DNA from: an uncultured Fibrobacterota bacterium
GTDB lineage: Bacteria > Fibrobacterota > Fibrobacteria > Fibrobacterales > Fibrobacteraceae
Assembly (NCBI GenBank): GCA_903876665.1
Contig: CAIRAY010000093.1
Coordinates: forward strand, 5,685-37,684
Length of the DNA: 32,000 nucleotides
Reading direction: 5' to 3'
Each line of letters begins with the position of its first letter. Position 1 is the stretch's first letter. Below the pieces are notes generated by a model. That model was not told the origin of the DNA and did no database searches. It saw only the letters and a list, made by a program, of their open reading frames with translations. Positions 24,977-32,000 of this stretch are shown here, in pieces. The position numbers were made by a program, and so were the translations under genes.

Positions 24977-25708
24977 ATGTTTAAAAATTTCCCCAAGCAA
25001 AGGCCACCACTCCCTGCGGCGATTCAGGCGATTTATTCTAGCCAGTACAAATCCAACCGCAATGGCAGCACCACTGCGGCTTCCTTGGCGCAGCGCATGG
25101 AAGAATGGCTTCACCGCAAGGTGGCCAGCGATGTCGGCTCTCCAAATGATGCATACAAAGTTACACTCGAACTCGGTGCTGGAACTCTCAACCAGTTAAA
25201 GTACGAACCGAATTTGATTACCTATGACATCGTAGAGCCGTTTAGGGATCTGTTCCGTGATTCCCCAAGCCTCAGTCGGATTCGAAACGTATTTGCTGAC
25301 ATTTCCGAAATCCCCTGTAGCCCCGGTTACGACCGTATCACATCCGTGGCGGTTCTGGAACATGTATGTAACCTGCCCGAAGTTATTGCGAAAGCCGGAC
25401 TCCTGTTGAACCCAAACGGCGTATTTCGAGCAAGCATCCCCAATGAAGGGACGTTTCTATGGACTCTAGGCTGGAAATTGACCACAGGGCTAGAGTTCAA
25501 GCTGAAGCACGGACTGGATTACGGGATATTGATGAAGCATGAACATGTCAATACGGCCGATGAAATTGAACAGGTATTGAAGCATTTTTTTAAAGATGTT
25601 TCTTGTAAGGTATTTGGGGTGTGCAAGGGTATCGCGTTGTATCGCTACTTCGAGTGCAAAAACCCACAGCTAGGTCTCTGCAATGAATTCCCTTCGTCAT
25701 CGCGATAA
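24977..25708 (+). CDS. Class I SAM-dependent methyltransferase
   Basis: Motif I is LELGAGT. The acidic post-I residue and the VAVLEHV block are typical of type 11/12 methyltransferases. Confidence 0.75.
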   Translation: MFKNFPKQRPPLPAAIQAIYSSQYKSNRNGSTTAASLAQRMEEWLHRKVASDVGSPNDAYKVTLELGAGTLNQLKYEPNLITYDIVEPFRDLFRDSPSLSRIRNVFADISEIPCSPGYDRITSVAVLEHVCNLPEVIAKAGLLLNPNGVFRASIPNEGTFLWTLGWKLTTGLEFKLKHGLDYGILMKHEHVNTADEIEQVLKHFFKDVSCKVFGVCKGIALYRYFECKNPQLGLCNEFPSSSR

Positions 25709-26123
25709 ACTGGTGCGTTACCTATTCGTCGGAGGCTCCGCAGCGGTAGTCGATTTTGTGGTGTTTGTTGTGGTTTTGCATCTCCTGACCATGGTCAACT
25801 TTGCGACGAGTGGGACTTCCCCTTTTTATCCGGAGCAACTGGCAAATGCCGCTTCGCTTCTCTGCGGCTTCCTTTTCAGTTTTTTCCTGCATCGCTTTTG
25901 GTCTTTTCGGTCCACAGGAAACCCGTATCCCCAGCTGGCCAAAACGATCCTGCTGGTGATCATCAACACCGCAGTCAGTAGCGCTCTGATTTCCGTCCTC
26001 GCTCGCGACTTTGGCTTGAACATCAAAATTGCAAAGCTGATTTTGCAAGGGCTTGTTGCTTCTTGGAATTATCTAATTTTCAATTACCTGATTTACAATT
26101 CAAGAAAACGATGCAGTCCATGA
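25683..26123 (+). CDS. GtrA-family small membrane protein (putative polyprenyl-phosphate-sugar flippase component)
   Basis: LVRYLFVGGSAAVVDFVVF matches the GtrA N-terminal signature. The protein has 4 TM segments in 146 aa. It overlaps the methyltransferase 3' end by 26 nt and the GT2 start. Confidence 0.75.
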   Translation: MNSLRHRDKLVRYLFVGGSAAVVDFVVFVVVLHLLTMVNFATSGTSPFYPEQLANAASLLCGFLFSFFLHRFWSFRSTGNPYPQLAKTILLVIINTAVSSALISVLARDFGLNIKIAKLILQGLVASWNYLIFNYLIYNSRKRCSP

Positions 26124-27082
26124 ATCAATTGCTTTCTGTAGTTATCCCTGTCTATAACGAAGGCGAGGGAATCGCCCACGCCATTCAACAAATCAGCAAA
26201 ACCCTGGTTCAAGCAAATATTCCTCACGAATTTGTCCTGGTGGACGATGGATCCCGGGATCACTCCTGGGATGAATTGTTAAAGCTTGCCAAGGGCAGTG
26301 ACAATATTCTCTCGGTAAAGTTGAGTCGGAATTTTGGAAAAGAAGCGGCTCTCTGTGCTGGCCTCGATCATGCCAAGGGGGCCTGTTGCCTTTGTATGGA
26401 CTCCGATTTGCAGCACCCCCCCGAAATCATCCCCGAAATGTACCGGCTTTGGAAGGATGATGGCGTTGAGGTGGTCGAAGGAATCAAGAAGCATCGGGGT
26501 CGCGAATCCATTTCATACAAACTAAGCGCAAAGATATTTTATCAGCTTCTCAAAAAGACATCTGGAATCAACCTTGAAAACGCCTCGGATTTCCGCCTGC
26601 TCGACCGTGTGGCTGTAGAGGCTTGGAAGTCCCTCCCCGAACGGTCCACCTTTTTTCGGGGAATGTCCACATGGATTGGATTTTCCCGGGCCCAGGTAAG
26701 TTTTGTCGTCGCTCCGCGTGAAAATGGATCCACCAAGTGGTCATTCTTTCGACTTGCGCGCCTAGGTCTCAGCGCCATCACCTCTTTCTCTGCCGCCCCC
26801 CTTTACCTCTCCGCAACCATAGGCTGCGCGTTCCTGTTTCTTTTTGTTCTCCTTTTGGGATGGACTTTGTACATGAAATTCATGGGAATTGCTGCAGACG
26901 GATTCACCACGGTAATTTCCCTCCAACTCATTGTCGGAGGGTTGTTATTGTTAAGTGTTGGGGTCATTGGCATTTATCTGGAAAAAATTTACGAGGAAGT
27001 GAAAGGGCGTCCGCGTTATTTGATTCACCGCGTTGTAGCTCGAAATCCAACTTCATCCAACTCCATCGTCCGTGAGGGATAA
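26111..27082 (+). CDS. GT2 polyprenyl-phosphate hexosyltransferase (GtrB/ArnC/DPM1-like)
   Basis: LSVVIPVYNE, VLVDDGSRD, MDSDLQHPPE (DxD), and two C-terminal TM helices. The start is ATG 26111 or 26120; the tracked 26063 start would overlap GtrA extensively. Confidence 0.85.
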   Translation: MQSMNQLLSVVIPVYNEGEGIAHAIQQISKTLVQANIPHEFVLVDDGSRDHSWDELLKLAKGSDNILSVKLSRNFGKEAALCAGLDHAKGACCLCMDSDLQHPPEIIPEMYRLWKDDGVEVVEGIKKHRGRESISYKLSAKIFYQLLKKTSGINLENASDFRLLDRVAVEAWKSLPERSTFFRGMSTWIGFSRAQVSFVVAPRENGSTKWSFFRLARLGLSAITSFSAAPLYLSATIGCAFLFLFVLLLGWTLYMKFMGIAADGFTTVISLQLIVGGLLLLSVGVIGIYLEKIYEEVKGRPRYLIHRVVARNPTSSNSIVREG

Positions 27083-27088
27083 TTCAAA

Positions 27089-28846
27089 ATGGAACTGTTT
27101 AATCTTTTCTCTTTTTGTTTCGTTGCACTGCTGATTTTTCTTGCAGTTGCAATTCGCTTTGCTTTGACTCCTGCGCAATTGGAGAAATGGGCGCTACCCC
27201 AAGGGAGTCGCACCCAGCGGGCGATTCAATGGGTTAGTTCGATGGCTAGGCCCGAGGGGGCGCATCCTCGCCTGTATTGGGTCTTATTTACCGTTGCCAT
27301 TCTTGTCGCTACCGGGCTACGGGTTTACCAATTCGGAGGTGTGCCTGCTGGATTCAATCAAGATGGCGCCATGGCCGCGGTGGATGCCAAGGCACTTTCG
27401 GACTACGGGACTGATCGCTTTGGCATGAAATTCCCCGTTCAATTTACCGCATGGGGCTATGGCCAGATGAGCGTGTTGCTCTCCTATGCCATGGTTCCGT
27501 TCATAAAGGTCTTTGGCCTTACTGCGATCACCGCCCGGCTGCCCATGCTGTTTGCCAGTTTACTTGGATTAGTTGCGTTGTTTTTTCTGATCAAGGATTT
27601 GGCTGGACGGCGTGCGGCTTTGGTTTTGTTGTTTTTTGCGGCCATTAACCCTTGGCATATTATGCAAAGTCGTTGGGCCCTGGATTGCAATATGTTTCCT
27701 CACATGCTCCTCATCGGTCTGTTTTTACTGAATCGGATGAATCGGAGCCCTGGGTATTTATATGCATCCATGATTTTCTTTGCGCTATGCATGTACAGCT
27801 ATGGCATCGCCTTTGTAACCATTCCACTTTTTCTGCTTGCGACGCTCGTTCTTCTTCTTTTCAAGCGAATGGCGTCCTGGAGGCAGCTATTGATTGCCAG
27901 TGCAGTATACATTGGACTCTCCTGGCCCGTTTGGCTCGTCATGGTGATTAACACGTTAAAGCTTTCAACTGTTCAGACGCCCTTCTTCACTGCGGCATTT
28001 TTTGAAAACAGCGTCCGTTCCAAAGACCTGCTATTTTTTGCCGATGATTTTTGGAGTCAGCTGTTAATCAATGTTCAGTCGCTTTTGAATGTGGTCTTTT
28101 TGCAACGCCCTGATCTTCCCTGGAATGCCCTGGATAACTACGGAACGATCTATCTCTGTTCCATGCCCTTTGTTTGGGTGGGCTTGTTGTGGTCCATAAA
28201 AGAAATCATGACCTCTGCAAACAAGCAAAAACAATTCGCCTATTCGATTCTGATGTTCGGATTCCTTACTGGCATTTGGGCCGGATTAGTGGTTGCATCT
28301 GTGAATGTGAACCGAATCAACATCATTTTCTATGTGATGATCATTCTGGGGGGCTTGGGCATTTACCAAACCATACGTTGGTTCCGTTGCAGCAAATATT
28401 TGATCGCGGTCCTTTATGCCATTTTATTGGTTCAGTTCTCCTCGCACTATTTTGGAGATTACGCAGACCAAATTGGGGAATACTATTTCGAAGATTTTGG
28501 AAAGGCATTGAACTATGTCGAAGATAAGCCCTTTGAATCCATCTATGTTACCGTGAACAGCCAGTACGAGGGATCAAAAAATGTCAGTGAAATTTTGACT
28601 CTGTTCCATCATGGAATCGATGCGCAATATTTTCAGGGCGTTACCAACCAAGTGGAGGGGAAAACCCTTCGACCATACTCCGAAAAATATCGGTACGCAT
28701 CCATGCGTGATCTGGTCATTAATCCTTCCGAGCAGGCGGTGTATGTGGTAAATAGCAATGAGGTCCAATACTTCGATCCCGCCGTTTTCCACATCGAACA
28801 GTTTCCAAGATTCAGCGCAGTCATTCCCCGAAACATGCAGAACTAA
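27089..28846 (+). CDS. GT39/ArnT-PMT-like GT-C membrane glycosyltransferase
   Basis: The first periplasmic loop GGVPAGFNQDGAMAAVDAKALSDYGTDRFGMKFPV.F.AWGYG resembles the family-39 loop (..DEa..gYnAysl..tG.D..G...Pl.f..fg). The protein has more than 10 TM segments followed by a C-terminal soluble ~130 aa. Confidence 0.75.
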   Translation: MELFNLFSFCFVALLIFLAVAIRFALTPAQLEKWALPQGSRTQRAIQWVSSMARPEGAHPRLYWVLFTVAILVATGLRVYQFGGVPAGFNQDGAMAAVDAKALSDYGTDRFGMKFPVQFTAWGYGQMSVLLSYAMVPFIKVFGLTAITARLPMLFASLLGLVALFFLIKDLAGRRAALVLLFFAAINPWHIMQSRWALDCNMFPHMLLIGLFLLNRMNRSPGYLYASMIFFALCMYSYGIAFVTIPLFLLATLVLLLFKRMASWRQLLIASAVYIGLSWPVWLVMVINTLKLSTVQTPFFTAAFFENSVRSKDLLFFADDFWSQLLINVQSLLNVVFLQRPDLPWNALDNYGTIYLCSMPFVWVGLLWSIKEIMTSANKQKQFAYSILMFGFLTGIWAGLVVASVNVNRINIIFYVMIILGGLGIYQTIRWFRCSKYLIAVLYAILLVQFSSHYFGDYADQIGEYYFEDFGKALNYVEDKPFESIYVTVNSQYEGSKNVSEILTLFHHGIDAQYFQGVTNQVEGKTLRPYSEKYRYASMRDLVINPSEQAVYVVNSNEVQYFDPAVFHIEQFPRFSAVIPRNMQN

Positions 28847-28860
28847 GGGTTCGCTAGGCT

Positions 28861-31044
28861 CTATTCTTGTGCCTGGAATTGAGGCTCAAGCCAGTCAGCG
28901 TGGTCATAATTTATGGATCCGAGGCCATCGATCACCAGCGCTAACTTGCCTTCACCCTGTAATGGAATCCGGGTAAACCCGGTAGGTGATCCATGGCGAA
29001 TGGTGTCGCTTTTCCAGGCCTGCACGCCGTCCAGTTCGATGCGGAATTGCACTTCACCACCCGGAGATTCATCGTCAATTCCAAAATTCACCGCGAAAGA
29101 TTTTGCCGTGTCGGGTATGCTGAATTCCATGCGAGAATTAGCATGCGCACCCCAGCCCAGGTCCCACATTTTTCCGTTGACCGAGAGAGGATTTCCATCG
29201 ACCGAAGAGTTCATTGCGGGTTGTTTGTAATCCTGCGAAGAAAGGGTTGGATTCCTTAAGCTTGAATCCAGTTTTCGGACTGTTTTGTCGAGGATGATCA
29301 CGGGCTGCAGCCAGTCGGCATGATCATAGGAGTCGGGTCCCAGGGTTCTCGTTTCTAGGGTGAGGATTCTTCCGTGTGCGACAGAAACCATGGCGAGCTG
29401 GTATTCTTCCCCGCCATTCGCGGGTTCGCTCGTCCACTTTTGCACGCCATCGACCCAAATGATAAATTCAACTTTTCCCTGCTTGGCCTCGTCGTCAATG
29501 CCTATCATTACATACAAACTATCAGAATTCATGGGCAGAGGAAATGAGAAGGAAGAGGGTGCGTGGGTTCCGATGCCATCTTTAAACACTCTCCCATTTA
29601 CCTGAAGAGGCTGATTGTCATAGGAACGGTTGATATTGAACTTCCTAGATTCCGGTTGCATATTCAAGGGAGGAATCGAAGTCAGCAACAGTTGGTTTTC
29701 GCCCAAGTTAAGCTCGAAAGATGGGGGAGGAATGGCCTGATAAATAAGCATGCCGCTCAGAGAAAGAATCAGAATCCCTTCTGGAAGCCATATTGGAGCA
29801 GGAAGAGCTACAAATGCCTGGCGAATCCGGCGCAAAAATCCGCCCCCCAGCACTTCTTTTCCGACCATTAGAAAAAAGACAACGACTCCGAAAAGGGATA
29901 ATGGCATCCAAAGCCACTCACCATTGAGTCCATTGACCTGAGCGATATTCAGTGCGCATACCAGGGTAATCACCAAAAAAAGGAAACCCCGCCGAATGTC
30001 CGTTGCCCAAGCGAGAACAACGAAAGGAACTGCGGGGAGAAGGTACCGCTCATGCATGCCTGGCAAGAGAATGAAAAAGGCGAATAAAATCAGAGCCGAC
30101 CATTTCCATGCTTGACGGGGCTTACGCACTCTCCAAGATTTCCAAAAAGTAAAAAGCGAGAACAGCGAAAACGCCACCATCCCAAGTCCCTTGGGGGTTA
30201 GGATGAATTGCCAGGTTTCGGTGGCTTCCTTTGTTCCTTGAAATAGCAATTGGTTGTCAGGGGCTACATTGCCTACAAGGGACATCCAGATATTGGCGGC
30301 ATTGTAGGTCGCATAAGGGTACATGGATGTATTATTTAGATATGCCTTGTCTATTAGGCCGGAAACCGAATCGAAAAGAATCCAGGGCAGAACAATTAAG
30401 GCGCCAACCGCTATGCCAATCGGCAACGCTCGGAGCAACCATCTCCAGCGATATAGCGCTAACCCTGCATACACGGGTAAAATGGCAATCATCTGGAATT
30501 TGCATAATAGGGCAAGAACAAGAAATGCGGGGCTCCAGAGAGTCAGGGCGGAACGCCGGGCTAGGCCTGCAATCGCTAAAACAGCAAATACTGCCGGGAC
30601 GATATCGACCTGGCCCCATACCGGGCCATCCAGCAATAATGCGGGATTCAGTGCGCAAAGACCCAAAATCCAGCCTTGCCGTTCCTGAGTCCAGGGGCGA
30701 CGTTTCACCTCGCTCCAGACCAGTCGCAAAAGGATCAGATGGGAAAAGAATACTGGCCAAAGAACCAGAAATTTGAGGGTGTAATCCTTGGCGAGCGGCA
30801 TCCCGGTCCAAGAATATATCTTTCCCACAACCCAGAGCCATTCTACATAGAACGGTGGGTAATTCCCTGAGAATCCCTGAAATCCAAAGTCTTTTAAATA
30901 GGTGACCCAGCCAAACCAATACCCCTGGTCTCCGTCATAGGGGGAGGCCAGAGTGCAAACCAAGTTGGCAATTATGGCCAGGATGGCATAGAAGACAAAA
31001 GGTCGGTTGTCTTTGGATTGCATAGGGTTCCCGAGAGGTTTCAT
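28861..31044 (-). CDS. GT-C glycosyltransferase (ALG6/ALG8-like motifs) fused to two C-terminal NPCBM carbohydrate-binding domains
   Basis: The membrane domain is aa 1-438 (nt 29731-31044), with GNYPPFYVEWLW (compare eukaryotic ALG8 LDYPPFFAWFE) and PGMHERYLLP (compare VHEKAILL). NPCBM-like repeat 1 is about aa 455-585 (nt 29290-29682) and repeat 2 is about aa 597-722 (nt 28879-29256). Each repeat has G.G(T/A)HA.S...F, F....GIDDE, G.V.F.I..DGVQ.W.S and the terminal YDHADWL. Confidence 0.75.
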   Translation of the reverse strand: MKPLGNPMQSKDNRPFVFYAILAIIANLVCTLASPYDGDQGYWFGWVTYLKDFGFQGFSGNYPPFYVEWLWVVGKIYSWTGMPLAKDYTLKFLVLWPVFFSHLILLRLVWSEVKRRPWTQERQGWILGLCALNPALLLDGPVWGQVDIVPAVFAVLAIAGLARRSALTLWSPAFLVLALLCKFQMIAILPVYAGLALYRWRWLLRALPIGIAVGALIVLPWILFDSVSGLIDKAYLNNTSMYPYATYNAANIWMSLVGNVAPDNQLLFQGTKEATETWQFILTPKGLGMVAFSLFSLFTFWKSWRVRKPRQAWKWSALILFAFFILLPGMHERYLLPAVPFVVLAWATDIRRGFLFLVITLVCALNIAQVNGLNGEWLWMPLSLFGVVVFFLMVGKEVLGGGFLRRIRQAFVALPAPIWLPEGILILSLSGMLIYQAIPPPSFELNLGENQLLLTSIPPLNMQPESRKFNINRSYDNQPLQVNGRVFKDGIGTHAPSSFSFPLPMNSDSLYVMIGIDDEAKQGKVEFIIWVDGVQKWTSEPANGGEEYQLAMVSVAHGRILTLETRTLGPDSYDHADWLQPVIILDKTVRKLDSSLRNPTLSSQDYKQPAMNSSVDGNPLSVNGKMWDLGWGAHANSRMEFSIPDTAKSFAVNFGIDDESPGGEVQFRIELDGVQAWKSDTIRHGSPTGFTRIPLQGEGKLALVIDGLGSINYDHADWLEPQFQAQE

Positions 31045-31103
31045 TAAATGGGTGGCAAAATATACAATCTACCCCAAAAGGTATGTTGGCATTTCCTTCC
31101 TAG

Positions 31104-31955
31104 TCACCGCAATGCCAAGGCACAGCTCACCAAAATAACCATTCCACCTAGCAAACTCACCGGAGGCAAAGCCTCGTGCATGAAAAACATGGCGACAAAA
31201 GCGTTGAGAACTGGCGAGAGCAATCCCAAGGTGGAGGCGCTGGAAACATTCAAAAACCGGTAGCCTTGAGTCATCAGCATTTGGCCAGCCGTTCCCAAAA
31301 GTCCTACCGCACCCAAATACCCCCACTCCAACATTCCGTAGGAAGAAATTGGATAATAGATGACAAAAGGGAACATACAAATGACTCCCGACAAACTAAA
31401 GACCAGGAAAATGGAAGGGGTGTTGTCCGTGCGGTGCAATTTCCCAATGGCGGTGACCGCGAACCCTGCTGCCACGGCCCCTAGCAATCCCGCCGCTTCC
31501 CAAATGCCAAAATCCGTTCCAGCCCCTTGGGCTAGTTTTGGTTGCAAAAGCAGTCCCAGACCCACTACTGCAAAGGCCAATGCCATCCAGCGGAAGCGGC
31601 TCATGCGTTGGTCCAGAATGAACACCGCAAATATGGTGGCAAATATGGGGTAGCTATACTGCAAAAAGGAACTGACTCCGATTCCAATTTTATAGATGGT
31701 CCAGAAGTACAAAGCTGTAGCAATGACTCCAATTCCGCCCCGCGCAAGCAACCAAGGCACGTTGTTGAAGCGCACCTGAAAAACTCCCGCCCGCATTAAG
31801 ATTAAGACCAACAGGGCTCCGGTCAAAAAACGAGTAAAGGCCAAATGCCAAGGATTAACGGTCTGAGCCAGGCGGATGACAATGGCCATTCCGCTGAAGG
31901 CCACCGCCGATCCGAAGATCAGGGCCAGGCCTCGCCATTTATTTTCGGATGTCAT
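31104..31955 (-). CDS. DMT-superfamily (EamA-like) transporter
   Basis: 283 aa with about 10 TM segments arranged as two EamA-like halves (ALIFGSAVAFSGMAIVIRLA...). It lies 59 nt upstream of, and co-directional with, the GT-C::NPCBM gene. Confidence 0.8.
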   Translation of the reverse strand: MTSENKWRGLALIFGSAVAFSGMAIVIRLAQTVNPWHLAFTRFLTGALLVLILMRAGVFQVRFNNVPWLLARGGIGVIATALYFWTIYKIGIGVSSFLQYSYPIFATIFAVFILDQRMSRFRWMALAFAVVGLGLLLQPKLAQGAGTDFGIWEAAGLLGAVAAGFAVTAIGKLHRTDNTPSIFLVFSLSGVICMFPFVIYYPISSYGMLEWGYLGAVGLLGTAGQMLMTQGYRFLNVSSASTLGLLSPVLNAFVAMFFMHEALPPVSLLGGMVILVSCALALR

Positions 31956-32000
31956 TTTCCAAACATGCCAGTCCGGGCGCGCTGTTCCAGGAACAGGTCC

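Overview
This is a chromosomal window of roughly 50% GC (by eye) from a flagellated bacterium that also encodes the type IX secretion translocon SprA, which suggests an FCB-superphylum-like lineage; the organism cannot be named from the sequence alone. Reading left to right: the 3' part of tRNA-Leu(CAG) with a terminator; a lipoprotein gene coupled to a small hypothetical gene; a Cys-cluster glutamate-synthase-like FMN enzyme divergent from an archaeal-type NrpR-like regulator; malQ; a rhomboid-like membrane protein coupled to rsmA; a tandemly duplicated, highly structured ~140-bp non-coding module; a giant sprA (about 2290 aa); and, tail-to-tail with sprA, a flagellar operon flgB-flgC-(104-aa unknown ORF)-fliE-[319-bp palindromic spacer]-fliF-fliG-fliH-fliI. 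Further right are DUF2164-like, LOG-family and Hanks-type kinase genes, then a lower-GC glycosylation island. The island's + strand module is methyltransferase, GtrA-like, GtrB-like GT2 and GT39. Its converging - strand module is an EamA transporter and an ALG6/ALG8-like GT-C enzyme fused to two NPCBM carbohydrate-binding domains. I saw no rRNA, CRISPR array, transposase or integrase. The best candidates for something undescribed are the two-module polyprenyl-phosphate-sugar glycosylation island with the GT-C::NPCBMx2 fusion, the nested perfect-palindrome element between fliE and fliF, and the duplicated structured module upstream of sprA. All family assignments are by-eye motif recognition from memory, and no searches were run.
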